DNA of 64,000 bases from Gemmatimonadota bacterium (GTDB lineage: Bacteria > Gemmatimonadota > Gemmatimonadetes > Palauibacterales > Palauibacteraceae). Shown here in pieces: positions 24,511 through 34,884 of the stretch; positions within the stretch are counted from its first letter, which is position 1, and each line of letters opens with the position of its first letter. Below the pieces are notes generated by a model, which was not told where the DNA came from, made no database searches, and was given only the letters and a program-made list of their open reading frames with translations. The DNA lies in NCBI GenBank assembly GCA_965207805.1, contig OZ242312.1, positions 1,068,748 to 1,132,747 of the forward strand, read 5' to 3'. The position numbers and the translations under genes are program-made.

Positions 24511-27162
24511 ATGGCCGCGACGACCACGGGCCCGGAGGCGTACTCGCCGCTCATCCGGCAGTACCTCGACATCAAGTCGCGCCACCCCGATTCGCTCCTC
24601 TTCTTCCGGGTCGGCGACTTCTACGAGATGTTCTTCGAGGATGCGGAGGAGGGGAGCGGCCTGCTGGGACTCACGCTCACCGCGCGCAACAACGGCGGAA
24701 AACGGGACGTTCCTCTCGCGGGCGTCCCCGTAAAGGCCGTGGACGAGTATGTCTCGCGCCTGCTCGAGATGGGCCGCCGCGTGGCGATCTGCGAGCAGCT
24801 CGAGGACCCGGCCGAGGCCCGGGGAATCGTGCAGCGGGACGTCGTCGAGATCATCACTCCCGGCACCGTCCTCGAGGACAGGCTGCTCGCGGCGCGCCGC
24901 AACAACTACGTGCTCGCGATCGCCGGGGACGCCCCGTTCGGGCTCGCTGCCGTCGACCTCTCGACCGGCGAGTTCGAGCTTCGCGAGGTGGCCGCCGCGG
25001 ATCTCAACGACGAACTCGGGCGGATCGAGCCCGCCGAGATCGTGATCCCCGAGGAGACGGAGGCGCCGGCCGGCCCCTGGCACCTGACCGCGCGGCCCGC
25101 CTGGCGCTTCGACGCTTCGCTCGGGGACGAGCGGCTCCGGGAGTGGTTCGGGGTCGCCTCCTCCACCGGCTTCGGCCTCGACGCCGCGCGCGACCCGCTT
25201 CTCCTCGCGGCGAGCGGCGCCCTCCTCGGCTACCTGGAGGAGGTGCGGCCGGCCGGCCTCGACCACCTGCGCCCGCCGCGCGTGGATCGGGCCGGCCGCG
25301 TCATGTACCTCGACGAGATGACCCGGCGGAACCTCGAACTCGTGGAACCCCTGCGGCCGGGCGAGGGGGCGTCGCTTCTCGCCCTCCTCGACCGCACGCG
25401 GACGCCGATGGGGGCGCGTCTGCTGCGCCGGCGCCTGCTGCGGCCGCTCGTCGTCCGCGGCGAAATCGCGGCGCGCCTCGACGCCGTGCAGGAACTCGTC
25501 GAGCGGGCGGAGGCACGCAAGCGCATCCGAAGCGCGCTCCGTCCGATCCGCGACCTGGAGCGGCTCGCCGCCCGCGTCTCCACCGGTCGGGCGGCGCCCC
25601 GGGAACTCCTCGGTCTCGGCCTCTCGCTCGACGCGCTGCCGGGGTTGGCGGCCGCCGTCGAGCGGCTGGAGGCCGGCCGGCTCGCCGAGCTTCGTTCCGG
25701 CTTCGACGCGCTCCCCGACGTCGCGGCCCGCATCGAAGAAGCCATCGACCCCGAGTCCCCCCACGCCCTCAAGGACGGGGGCGTGATTCGAGAGGGCTTC
25801 TCCGCCGACCTCGACGAGCTGCGCGGCATGCGCGGCAGCGCCGTCGAGTTCATCGCCGGAATGCAGGTGAGGGAGCGCGAGCGCACCGGCATCGACACGC
25901 TGAAGATCGGGTTCAACAAGGTGTTCGGGTACTATCTCGAGGTCACGCGCTCCAAGGTCGACCGCGTTCCGGAGGAGTGGACCCGCAGGCAGACGCTCAC
26001 CAACGCCGAGCGCTATCTCACGCCGGAACTCAAGGAGTGGGAGGCGAAGGTCCTCGGGGCCGACGACCAGATCGCGACGCTCGAGGCGCGTCTCTTCCAC
26101 TCGGTGCGCGATGCCGTCGCCGCCGAGGTCGGGCGGATCCAGGCGGCCGCCGCCCACGTCGCCGAGATCGACTTCCTCGCCTGCCTCGCCGAGGTCGCCG
26201 CCGCCGAGGACTACGTGCGGCCGCGGCTCAGCGACGACATCGTCTTCGATATCGAGGAAGGCCGGCACCCCGTCGTCGAGACCACGGTCGCGAGGGACAC
26301 GTTCATCCCGAACGACATGCGGCTGGACGACGAACGCCGGACGCTGATCGTCACCGGTCCGAACATGGCGGGGAAGTCCACGGTGCTGCGCCAGGCGGGG
26401 CTCATCGCGCTCCTGGCGCACATCGGTTCCTTCGTCCCGGCTCGTCGCGCACACATCGGGGTATGCGACCGCGTGTTCACGCGGGTGGGCGCCAGCGACA
26501 ACCTCGCGGCGGGGCAGAGCACCTTCATGGTGGAGATGACGGAAACCGCGACCATCCTGCACAGCGCCACGGAGCGCTCACTCGTCCTCCTCGACGAGAT
26601 CGGGCGGGGCACGTCGACGTACGACGGCCTCTCGATCGCGTGGGCGGTGACGGAGCGGCTGCACGAACTCGGCGCGCGCACGGTGTTCGCCACCCATTAC
26701 CACGAACTCGTCGGCCTCGCGGAATCACTGCCGCGCGCGGCCGCATTCAACGTCGCCGTGCGGGAGACGGGTGAGGACATCGTCTTCCTCTACCGGCTGC
26801 AGCCGGGGGGCTCGGATCGTTCCTACGGCGTACACGTCGCGCGGCTGGCCGGGTTGCCCCCCGACGTCGTGGGGCGCGCCGCCCGCATCCTCCACGTGCT
26901 CGAGAGCGGCCCGTGGGGCGCGGGCGGCCGCAGAGCCGCGCTCGCCGAAGCGGGGATGGGGCAACTCTCCCTCTTCGAGGCCGCCGCCCCCGGCCCGGAG
27001 GGCGGCCCGGCGCCGTCCGAAGCGCCGGGGCACGCCGACAGCGCGGACATCGCGGCCGCGCGGGAGGTGCTCGAGAAGCTGGCCGGGCTCGAACTCGATG
27101 GGATGACGCCGCTCGAAGCGCTGAACACGCTCGCCGAATGGAAGGCGTTCGGCGATGCATAA
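24511..27162 (+). CDS. mutS: DNA mismatch repair protein MutS
   Basis: N-terminal mismatch-binding region (TPLIRQYLDIKSRHPDSLLFFRVGDFYEMF), Walker A GPNMAGKST, signature STF(M/L)VEM, C-terminal dimerisation region. 883 aa. Confidence 0.92.
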   Translation: MAATTTGPEAYSPLIRQYLDIKSRHPDSLLFFRVGDFYEMFFEDAEEGSGLLGLTLTARNNGGKRDVPLAGVPVKAVDEYVSRLLEMGRRVAICEQLEDPAEARGIVQRDVVEIITPGTVLEDRLLAARRNNYVLAIAGDAPFGLAAVDLSTGEFELREVAAADLNDELGRIEPAEIVIPEETEAPAGPWHLTARPAWRFDASLGDERLREWFGVASSTGFGLDAARDPLLLAASGALLGYLEEVRPAGLDHLRPPRVDRAGRVMYLDEMTRRNLELVEPLRPGEGASLLALLDRTRTPMGARLLRRRLLRPLVVRGEIAARLDAVQELVERAEARKRIRSALRPIRDLERLAARVSTGRAAPRELLGLGLSLDALPGLAAAVERLEAGRLAELRSGFDALPDVAARIEEAIDPESPHALKDGGVIREGFSADLDELRGMRGSAVEFIAGMQVRERERTGIDTLKIGFNKVFGYYLEVTRSKVDRVPEEWTRRQTLTNAERYLTPELKEWEAKVLGADDQIATLEARLFHSVRDAVAAEVGRIQAAAAHVAEIDFLACLAEVAAAEDYVRPRLSDDIVFDIEEGRHPVVETTVARDTFIPNDMRLDDERRTLIVTGPNMAGKSTVLRQAGLIALLAHIGSFVPARRAHIGVCDRVFTRVGASDNLAAGQSTFMVEMTETATILHSATERSLVLLDEIGRGTSTYDGLSIAWAVTERLHELGARTVFATHYHELVGLAESLPRAAAFNVAVRETGEDIVFLYRLQPGGSDRSYGVHVARLAGLPPDVVGRAARILHVLESGPWGAGGRRAALAEAGMGQLSLFEAAAPGPEGGPAPSEAPGHADSADIAAAREVLEKLAGLELDGMTPLEALNTLAEWKAFGDA

Positions 27163-27589
27163 CGGGCCTTCGTCGGGGGCGGCCGGGTCCGGCGTCCTTG
27201 CGGTTCTCGTCGTCCTCGCCGGCGCAGCGTCCACCGGATGCGCGGACGAACCGGGCCCCGAGGTCGGCGCGCTGCGCGTCGACCAGCTTCGCGAGGGGGG
27301 CCTCGTGATGCCCGTCCTCGAGTCCCGGTCCTCTTCCGCGTTCCCCTACCCGGCCGAGGCCCTGGAAGAGGGCGCGGGCGGCGAGACCCTCCTCCGCATT
27401 CGGATCTCCGACGCCGGAAGCGTCGACTCGGTCGCCGTGGTGACCTCGTCGGGACATGCCGTCCTCGATTCGGCCGCGGTGGAAGGCGCCCGCCTCCTCC
27501 GCTACCGGCCGGCGCGGCACCGCGGTGCCCCCACCGCCATCTGGGCGCGGCTCGAAATCCGCTACCCCGTGCCGGCGTCCGGTGGCTGA
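27155..27589 (+). CDS. TonB C-terminal domain lipoprotein (energy-transducer TonB family)
   Basis: Lipoprotein signal ...AGAASTGC. TonB_C-like segment (ETLLRIRISDAGSVDSVAVVTSSGHAVLDSAAVEGARLLRYRP). Overlaps the mutS 3' end by 8 nt. Confidence 0.7.
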   Translation: MHNGPSSGAAGSGVLAVLVVLAGAASTGCADEPGPEVGALRVDQLREGGLVMPVLESRSSSAFPYPAEALEEGAGGETLLRIRISDAGSVDSVAVVTSSGHAVLDSAAVEGARLLRYRPARHRGAPTAIWARLEIRYPVPASGG

Positions 27590-28748
27590 CCCCCGTCGGC
27601 GCGTCGGCGTTCTCTTCGGAGGCGAGTCGCCGGAGCACGAGGTATCGCTCCGCTCGGCGAAGAACGTCATCGAGGCGATCGACCGGGAGCGCTACGACAT
27701 CGTGCTCATCGGCATCGACCGCCGCGGCCGCTGGCATCTCGCCGACGAATCCCGCTTCCTGCGGCACGCCTCGGATCCGCGGCGCATTCGTCTCCCCCAC
27801 GCCCCGGTCAGGCTCGCCCTGACCCCCGGCCGCCGCCCCCGGATCGTACCTGTAGGCCCGACCGGCTCGGAAGATCCCGGCGAGGGCCCGGAGCCGGCCG
27901 AGCTGCCGGAGCTGGACGTCGTCTTTCCCGTCCTGCACGGCCCCTTCGGCGAGGACGGCACCGTCCAGGGGCTACTGCGGCTCGCGCACCTGCCGTTCGT
28001 CGGGCCCGGGATCCTCGGCTCGGCCGTATGCATGGACAAGGACGTGGCCAAGCGGCTGCTGCGCGACGCGGGCATCCCCGTCGCGCCCTTCATCACGGTC
28101 CTGTCCCGGGCCGAAGCCCCCCCCTGGGACGAGGCCGTGGCCGCGCTCGACGCCCCCATCTTCGTGAAGCCGGCGAACATGGGCTCTTCCGTCGGCGTGT
28201 CGAAGGTCGAGACGGACGCCGACTACCGGCGGGCGCTCGACGAGGCCTTCTCCTTCGACACCAAGGTGCTCCTCGAGCGGACGATCCGGGGCCGTGAGAT
28301 CGAGATCTCCGTGCTCGGGAACGAGACCCCCGAAGCCTCGATTCCCGGGGAGATCGCCCCTACGCACGCCTTCTACTCCTACGAGGCCAAGTACCTGGAT
28401 CACGACGGCGCGGACCTGCTCATTCCCGCGGACCTCGATGCCGAGACCACCGCGCGGGCCCGGGATATCGCCGTCCGCGCCTTCCGCACGCTATGCTGCG
28501 AGGGGATGGCGCGAGTCGACCTCTTCCTTGCGACGAGAGCCTGCGGCGCGTTGCCGGCGGGTTCGCTGGTGGTGAACGAGATCAACACTCTTCCGGGCTT
28601 CACGCGGATCAGCATGTACCCCAAGCTCTGGGATGCGACCGGCGTGTCCTACCCGGAACTCATCAACCGCCTCATCGGGCTCGCGATCGAGCGCGCGGAG
28701 CGCGACGAGCGGCTCGCCTCCGCGATCGACCTCCAGGGCGACGGATGA
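27582..28748 (+). CDS. ddl: D-alanine--D-alanine ligase
   Basis: RVGVLFGGESPEHEVSLRSA N-terminus, ATP-grasp motifs (FVKPANMGSSVG..., ...EINTLPGFT). GTG start at 27582 chosen; the track's upstream Met is out of the alignable region. Confidence 0.85.
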   Translation: MADPRRRVGVLFGGESPEHEVSLRSAKNVIEAIDRERYDIVLIGIDRRGRWHLADESRFLRHASDPRRIRLPHAPVRLALTPGRRPRIVPVGPTGSEDPGEGPEPAELPELDVVFPVLHGPFGEDGTVQGLLRLAHLPFVGPGILGSAVCMDKDVAKRLLRDAGIPVAPFITVLSRAEAPPWDEAVAALDAPIFVKPANMGSSVGVSKVETDADYRRALDEAFSFDTKVLLERTIRGREIEISVLGNETPEASIPGEIAPTHAFYSYEAKYLDHDGADLLIPADLDAETTARARDIAVRAFRTLCCEGMARVDLFLATRACGALPAGSLVVNEINTLPGFTRISMYPKLWDATGVSYPELINRLIGLAIERAERDERLASAIDLQGDG

Positions 28749-29626
28749 TGAGACGGCCCGCGTACCAGACCGGCGGGGTCCGCTTCGGCCACGGCTTCCC
28801 GATGAGTCGCTGGGTCCTGCGGCTCATGGTCGCGAACTTCGCGATCTTCCTCCTGATGGCGACGCGGCTCCTGCCCGCGGCGGCGATCGACTGGCTCGGC
28901 TTCGCCGTGCCCGGCTTCCTCACGCGCCCGTGGACCCTCGTCACCTACATGTTCGTGCATGGCGGCTTCATGCACCTGTTCATGAACATGCTCGCCCTCT
29001 TCTTCTTCGGTCCGCCGCTGGAGCAGAAGTGGGGCAGCCGTTTCTTCCTCCGCTTCTATCTCGCGACCGGGCTCGGCGGGGCCGCGTTCTCCGTGCTCCT
29101 CTACTCGCTCACCGGGCCGACGATCATGGTGGGCGCCTCCGGGGCGATCTTCGGCCTCCTCGTGGCCTTCGCCCTCAACTGGCCGGACGCGAAGATCTTC
29201 CTCTACTTCGTCTTCCCCGTGCCCGCGAAATGGTTCGTGGCCGCGCTCGGCGCCTTCACCCTCCTCTCGACCGTACAGGGGTCGGCGGACGGCGTGGCGC
29301 ACTGGGCGCACCTCGGCGGACTCGTGACCGGGTTCGTCTATCTCCGATACGGAGAACGCATCGGTCGCCTCGCCAACAGGATGCTCTACAAGGAGCGGCC
29401 GGCGCCCAGGCCGCGGAGGACGAAGCGTCCCGCGCCGCCCCCGCCCTCACCCCGCCGGCGACGCCGGGTGGACGGGGACTCCCTCGATGAAGTGGACCGG
29501 ATCCTCGACAAGATCCGCGCGGACGGCATGGACTCCCTCTCGGCGCGCGAGCGCGCCTTCCTCGACGAGGTGAGTCGGCAGTACAAGCAGACACAGGGGA
29601 CGGAGAAGAAGACCCGCACCCACTAG
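28745..29626 (+). CDS. Rhomboid-family intramembrane serine protease with basic/Pro-rich linker and C-terminal helical extension
   Basis: ATG overlapping the ddl stop (ATGA). GASGAIFG (catalytic Ser) and AHLGG (catalytic His) motifs, 6 TM. C-terminal ...PRPRRTKRPAPPPPSPRRRRR... followed by an acidic ~50-aa domain. Confidence 0.8.
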   Translation: MMRRPAYQTGGVRFGHGFPMSRWVLRLMVANFAIFLLMATRLLPAAAIDWLGFAVPGFLTRPWTLVTYMFVHGGFMHLFMNMLALFFFGPPLEQKWGSRFFLRFYLATGLGGAAFSVLLYSLTGPTIMVGASGAIFGLLVAFALNWPDAKIFLYFVFPVPAKWFVAALGAFTLLSTVQGSADGVAHWAHLGGLVTGFVYLRYGERIGRLANRMLYKERPAPRPRRTKRPAPPPPSPRRRRRVDGDSLDEVDRILDKIRADGMDSLSARERAFLDEVSRQYKQTQGTEKKTRTH

Positions 29627-29803
29627 GCGTTCGGCGGCCGGGTCCGGCGGCCGAGCCCGGCGGCTGGAGTTTTTCGCCGCCGGTTTCTACAATGTCCGCC
29701 CCGCGCGAGCCCCCGGCCGGGAGCGTCGCGCACGGAACGGCCCGTGGCCGGAGCAAGCGCCTGTCGCGGGTCGCCGGCCCCGGTTCCATCCCTGGAGGAG
29801 TAC

Positions 29804-31891
29804 ATGGCGCCTGCCGCCTCGGAATATCAAACGCCGAACCTTCGTAACGTCGTCTTCTTCGGGCACGGCGGGGCGGGGAAGACGACGCTCGTGGACTCCA
29901 TGTGCTACATCGCCGGCGGAGCCACGCGGAAGGGCGATGTCCAGAAGGGGAACGCGCTCACCGACTTCACGCCGGAAGAGACCGGCCACAAGATCTCGAT
30001 CAACCTCGCCGTCGCCCACGCCGTCCGGAACGACGTGCGGATCAACCTCATCGACACTCCCGGTTACCTGGATTTCCTGGGCGAAGTCATGGCGGGGATC
30101 CGCGTGGCGGACGCGGGCATCTGCGTCGTCGATGCGATCTCCGGCGTCGAAGTGGGGACAGAAAAGACCTGGGCCGCCGCGGAGGCCGCGAGCCTGCCGC
30201 GCGCCGTCTTCGTCTCGATGATGGACCGGGACAACGCGGACTTCCGCAACACGCTCGGCCAGATCCGGGACGAACTCACGTCCGCCGCGATGCCGGTCCA
30301 CGTCCCGGTCGGGGCGGGCCCCGACTTCAGCGGCTTCGTCGACCTCCTCGCGATGAAGGCCCACACCTTCAAGGGAGGGGACAAGGGGGCGGCCGGGGTC
30401 ACCGACGCGCCCGAGGACGTCGCCTCGGAGGTGGAGGACCTCAGGGAGGAACTCATCGAGGCGATCGTGTCGGGGGATGACGACCTGCTCGAAGCCTATT
30501 TCGAGGGAGAGGACCTCGATCCCGGCCGACTCGGCGAGGTGTTCGCGGAGGCGATCCGTTCCGGCGACATCGTCCCGGTGTTCTGCGGTTCATGCCAGAC
30601 GAGCGCGGGAGTGCCGGCCCTCATGGACCGCATCGTGGAGCTCTTCCCCTCGCCCGACCGCGCCGCGTCCCAGACCGCGCATGACGGGAACGGCGAAGTG
30701 TCGCTGGAGCCGGGAGCCGGGGCGCCCGTCGCGGCGCTCGTCTTCAAGACGACATCGGAACCCCACGTCGGCGACCTGAGCTATTTCCGCGTCTTCTCCG
30801 GCCGGATCACGAACGGCGTCACGCTCGCGAACCCCGACCGTTCCGCGAGCGAGCGCATCGCGCACCTCGCGATTCCGCACGGGGCGCGCCGCATCGACGT
30901 CGACGCGCTGAACCCCGGCGACATCGGGGTCGTGACGAAACTCAAGGACACGCACACCGGGGACACGCTCTGCGACAGCGGGAGCCGGCTCTCGTTCGGC
31001 GGGATCGAGTGGCCCCAACCCGATCTTTCCCTCGCCGTCACCGCCCGCACGCGGGCCGACGAGGACAAGATCGGCAGCGGCCTCGCGAAGCTGCACGAGG
31101 AAGATCCGACCTTCTCCTCCGGCTACGATCCCGAGCGGGGACAGACGATCATCCGCGGTCTGGGGGAGATCCACCTCAACATCTCGCTGGAGAAGATGAC
31201 CCGGAAGTACGGGGTCAACGTGGACACGCACCAGCCGAACATCGCCTACCGCGAGACGATCACGAAGACCGCGGAGGGGCAGGGGCGCCACAAGAAGCAG
31301 TCGGGCGGGCGCGGGCAGTTCGGCGACTGCCACATCCGGCTCAGCCCGTTGCCGCGCGGAGAAGGGTACAAGTTCGTCGACTCGATCAAGGGCGGCGTGA
31401 TCCCGACCAAGTTCGTCCCGGCCGTGGGGAAAGGGATCGGGGAGGCCTCGAACAGGGGGGTCCTCGCCGGCTACCCGCTCGTCGACTTCCAGGCCGAGTG
31501 CTACGACGGTTCGCATCACTCCGTGGACAGCTCGGACATCGCCTTCCAGATCGCGGGGTCCATCGCGTTCCAGAAAGTCGCGCGGGACGCGAACCCCGTG
31601 ATCCTCGAGCCGATCATGGAGGTCGAGGTCGAGACGCCCGAGGAGTACATGGGCGAGGTGATGGGAGACCTCAACCAGCGGCGCGGCCGCGTGCTCGGCA
31701 TGGATTCCAAGGGGCGGCGGCAGGTCGTGAAGGCCCACGTCCCCCAGGCGGAACTCTACAAGTACTCCGCCGCGCTGCGCTCCCTGACGCACGGAAAGGC
31801 GACGCACACGCGCAGCCTGGCTGCGTACGAGCAGGTTCCTCCGCATGTTCAGGAGAAGGTGATCGCCGAGTCGCAGCGCGACGACGACTAG
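29804..31891 (+). CDS. Elongation factor G-family GTPase (EF-G paralog, divergent G1 motif)
   Basis: SD ggaggag before ATG 29804. G1 = GHGGAGKTT (canonical AHIDAGKTT), G3 DTPGYLDF, G4 region; EF-G domains II-V, e.g. the conserved region IV/V segment HKKQSGGRGQFG. 695 aa. Confidence 0.8.
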   Translation: MAPAASEYQTPNLRNVVFFGHGGAGKTTLVDSMCYIAGGATRKGDVQKGNALTDFTPEETGHKISINLAVAHAVRNDVRINLIDTPGYLDFLGEVMAGIRVADAGICVVDAISGVEVGTEKTWAAAEAASLPRAVFVSMMDRDNADFRNTLGQIRDELTSAAMPVHVPVGAGPDFSGFVDLLAMKAHTFKGGDKGAAGVTDAPEDVASEVEDLREELIEAIVSGDDDLLEAYFEGEDLDPGRLGEVFAEAIRSGDIVPVFCGSCQTSAGVPALMDRIVELFPSPDRAASQTAHDGNGEVSLEPGAGAPVAALVFKTTSEPHVGDLSYFRVFSGRITNGVTLANPDRSASERIAHLAIPHGARRIDVDALNPGDIGVVTKLKDTHTGDTLCDSGSRLSFGGIEWPQPDLSLAVTARTRADEDKIGSGLAKLHEEDPTFSSGYDPERGQTIIRGLGEIHLNISLEKMTRKYGVNVDTHQPNIAYRETITKTAEGQGRHKKQSGGRGQFGDCHIRLSPLPRGEGYKFVDSIKGGVIPTKFVPAVGKGIGEASNRGVLAGYPLVDFQAECYDGSHHSVDSSDIAFQIAGSIAFQKVARDANPVILEPIMEVEVETPEEYMGEVMGDLNQRRGRVLGMDSKGRRQVVKAHVPQAELYKYSAALRSLTHGKATHTRSLAAYEQVPPHVQEKVIAESQRDDD

Positions 31892-31926
31892 CAAACGAGG
31901 ACCAGGACACGAGCGGGCGGTAGCCG

Positions 31927-32679
31927 GTGGCGGGCCATTCGAAGTGGTCGAAGATCAAGCGCCAGAAGGCGGTAACCGACAAGGCGAAGGGGAAGCTCTT
32001 CTCCAAGCTCGGTCGCGAAATCGCCGTGGCGGCGCGGGAGGGCGGAGGAGATCCGGACTTCAATCCGCGCCTGCGGACCGCGATCGACAACGCGAAGAGC
32101 CAGCGCATGCCCGCCGACAACATCGATCGCGCGGTGCGGCGCGGGACGGGCGACCTGCCGGGCGCGAGCTTCGAAGAGGTCACGCACGAGGGCTACGCGC
32201 CGGGCGGCGCGGCGCTCTACCTCGAGTGCCTGACGGACAACCCCCGGCGCACGCTGGCCGAACTCCGGCACCTGCTCGACAAGCGGGGCGGCAACCTGGG
32301 CCAGAGCGGCTCCGTCGCGTGGATGTTCGAGCGCAAGGGCCAGATCCTCGTACCCGCCGACGAGTGGGACGAGGACGCGGCGCTCGACGCGGCGCTCGAG
32401 GCGGGGGCGGAGAACTTCGAGTCCGAGGACGGGATGTACGTCGTGACGACGACGGCGCCGGACTTCCACGACGTGCTGGGTGCGCTGCGCGACGCCGGTG
32501 TCCCGGTGGAGGAGGCGGAACTCGCGATGGTGCCCAACAACACGGTGAAACTCGAGGGGCGCGACGCGGAGAAGGTGCTCGCCGTCCTGCACGCGCTCGA
32601 CGAGCACGACGACGTGCTGAAGGTGAATACGAACGTGGATCTGGAGGAGGCGGAGGGGGCGGACTGGGAAGCCCCCTGA
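31927..32679 (+). CDS. yebC: YebC/PmpR-family probable transcriptional regulator
   Basis: MAGHSKWSKIKRQKAVTDKAKGKLFSKLGREI... is the canonical YebC N-terminus. Confidence 0.9.
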   Translation: MAGHSKWSKIKRQKAVTDKAKGKLFSKLGREIAVAAREGGGDPDFNPRLRTAIDNAKSQRMPADNIDRAVRRGTGDLPGASFEEVTHEGYAPGGAALYLECLTDNPRRTLAELRHLLDKRGGNLGQSGSVAWMFERKGQILVPADEWDEDAALDAALEAGAENFESEDGMYVVTTTAPDFHDVLGALRDAGVPVEEAELAMVPNNTVKLEGRDAEKVLAVLHALDEHDDVLKVNTNVDLEEAEGADWEAP

Positions 32680-32681
32680 AG

Positions 32682-33158
32682 GTGCTCGGCGTCGACCCGG
32701 GCACGCGGGCGACCGGATACGGCTTCGTCGAAGGGCGCCGTCCGGGAGGGCCCGCGTATCGCCTCATCGAGTGCGGCGTCGTGCGGCCGCGCGGCGAGAA
32801 CCTCACGGAGCGCCTCGTGGACATCCACACCGCGGCGCTCGAACTCATCGACCGGCTCGAGCCGACGTGCGTCGCGATCGAAAGCGCCTTTCACGGACGG
32901 AACGCGCGCACCGCGCTCGTGCTCGGTCACGCGCGCGGCGTCCTCGTGCTCGCGGCCGGGCTGCGGGAACTGCCGGTGCACGAGTACGCGCCGCGCGAAA
33001 TCAAGAAGCGCGTCGTGGGGACGGGCGCCGCGAGCAAGGAGCAGGTCGGCTTCATGGTCAAGCACCATCTGCGGCTCGGCGAGCCGCCGCGTCCGGCGGA
33101 TGCGGCGGACGGCTGCGCGGTCGCGCTCTGCCACCTCCTCGGCGGGCCGATCCGGTGA
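32682..33158 (+). CDS. ruvC: Holliday junction resolvase RuvC
   Basis: GTG start. [14 protein letters not shown] (catalytic Asp), ...[10 protein letters not shown]..., C-terminal GCAVALCHL. Confidence 0.85.
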   Translation: MLGVDPGTRATGYGFVEGRRPGGPAYRLIECGVVRPRGENLTERLVDIHTAALELIDRLEPTCVAIESAFHGRNARTALVLGHARGVLVLAAGLRELPVHEYAPREIKKRVVGTGAASKEQVGFMVKHHLRLGEPPRPADAADGCAVALCHLLGGPIR

Positions 33159-33757
33159 TCCGGCGTCTCCGGGGCGAACTCGTCGGGCGCGAGGAGGGCG
33201 TCGTCGAGGTCCTCACGGGCGACGGCGTCGGCTACGAGATCGGCGTGCCGCTCGGGCTCGCCGGACGCCTGCCGCCCGAGGGCTCCGAGGTCGAACTGCA
33301 CACCGTCCTCGTCGTGCGCGACGACGCCTTCGAGCTGTTCGGGTTCGAGACCCCGCGCGACCGCGAACTCTTCCAGCGGCTCCGCGTCCCGAGCGGCGTG
33401 GGCCCCCGGCTCGCGCTCGCGATCCTGGGTGCGCTGCGGCCCGAGCGCGTCGTGCAGGCGATCCGGGCCAAGGACCACCGCACGCTCCAGACCGTGAGCG
33501 GCGTCGGCAAGAAGACCGCCGAGCGCATCGTGATCGAACTCGCGGACAAGCTCGACGACCTCGGCGACATGGGCGACGACCCGGTGCCGGGCGGCGGGGT
33601 CGCCGCGGCGGCCGTACAGGCGCTGCGCGGCCTCGGCTACCCGCGCTCCCAGAGCGAGAACGCCGTCAGCCGGGCCCTGCAGGGGCTCGCGCAGGCGGGC
33701 GGGGACCCCGACGTCGCCGTCGAGGAACTCGTGCGCCGCGCGCTTCAGCACGTATGA
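33155..33757 (+). CDS. ruvA: Holliday junction DNA helicase RuvA
   Basis: GTGA overlap with ruvC. HhH region ([16 protein letters not shown]...[16 protein letters not shown]), C-terminal domain III. Confidence 0.85.
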   Translation: MIRRLRGELVGREEGVVEVLTGDGVGYEIGVPLGLAGRLPPEGSEVELHTVLVVRDDAFELFGFETPRDRELFQRLRVPSGVGPRLALAILGALRPERVVQAIRAKDHRTLQTVSGVGKKTAERIVIELADKLDDLGDMGDDPVPGGGVAAAAVQALRGLGYPRSQSENAVSRALQGLAQAGGDPDVAVEELVRRALQHV

Positions 33758-34884
33758 CCGCGCCGGGGCCGCCGGGCCGACCCGGCGACACGCGGAACCC
33801 GGGCGACGCCGGCGCCGGAGACGAGGCCCGTCCGCGCACGGAGATCACGACGCCCGAGGTGCTCGAAGGCGACGAGCGTCCGGACGCCTCGCTGCGCCCG
33901 CGGCGGCTCGACGAGTTCATCGGGCAGGCGCGGGTCAAGGAGAGCCTCTCCGTCTTCGTGGAGGCGGCGCTCGGTCGCGAGGAAGCCCTCGACCACACCC
34001 TCTTCTACGGCCCTCCGGGCCTCGGGAAGACGACGCTCGCCCTCCTCCTCGCGGAGGAACTCGGCGTCGGGATCAAGCTCACCTCCGGCCCCGTGCTCGA
34101 GAAGCCGGGCGACCTCGCCGGGCTGCTCACGAACCTCCCGCCGCGCGGGATCCTCTTCATCGACGAGATCCACCGCCTTCGGCCCGTGATCGAGGAGTTC
34201 CTCTATCCCGCGATGGAGGACTATCGCATCGAGATCCGACTCGGCGACGGACCTCGCGTGGAGACGTTCTCGATGAAGCTCGAGCGCTTCACGCTCGTGG
34301 GCGCGACGACCCGTTTCGGGCTCCTGACGGCCCCGATGCGCGCACGCTTCGGCGTCATCGAGCGCCTCGGCTACTACCCGCCGGATGAACTCGCGCGCAT
34401 CGTCACCCGCTCCTCGAGCCTCCTCGACATCCCGATCACGCCCGGAGGGGCCGGCGAGATCGCCCGCCGCGCGCGCGGCACCCCCCGCATCGCGAACCGC
34501 CTCCTGCGCCGCGTGCGCGACTACGCGCAGGTGCGGAGCGACGGCACGATCGATTCCGAGACGGCCGAGAAAGGCCTCACGCTGCTCAACGTCGACGAGT
34601 ACGGCCTCGACGAGATGGACGGGCGCGTGCTGAAGGCGATCATCGAAACCTTCGACGGGGGGCCGGTGGGGCTCGCCTCCCTCGCGGTCGCCGTGGGCGA
34701 GGACGCGGGGACGCTCGAGGAGGTGTACGAGCCGTACCTGATCCAGAACGGGTACATGCAGCGCACGTCACGCGGCCGCGTGGCCACCCGGAAGGCGTAC
34801 GCGCGCTTCGGTTACGCCCTCCCGAGCGACGGGGAGGGGTCGGAGGGCGGGGCACAGGGTGCGCTGTTCGGCGATGGCGGATGA
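33754..34884 (+). CDS. ruvB: Holliday junction DNA helicase RuvB
   Basis: ATGA overlap with ruv[15 protein letters not shown], Walker [10 protein letters not shown], Walker [11 protein letters not shown], sensor-2 region; N-terminal ~35-aa low-complexity extension. Confidence 0.9.
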   Translation: MTAPGPPGRPGDTRNPGDAGAGDEARPRTEITTPEVLEGDERPDASLRPRRLDEFIGQARVKESLSVFVEAALGREEALDHTLFYGPPGLGKTTLALLLAEELGVGIKLTSGPVLEKPGDLAGLLTNLPPRGILFIDEIHRLRPVIEEFLYPAMEDYRIEIRLGDGPRVETFSMKLERFTLVGATTRFGLLTAPMRARFGVIERLGYYPPDELARIVTRSSSLLDIPITPGGAGEIARRARGTPRIANRLLRRVRDYAQVRSDGTIDSETAEKGLTLLNVDEYGLDEMDGRVLKAIIETFDGGPVGLASLAVAVGEDAGTLEEVYEPYLIQNGYMQRTSRGRVATRKAYARFGYALPSDGEGSEGGAQGALFGDGG

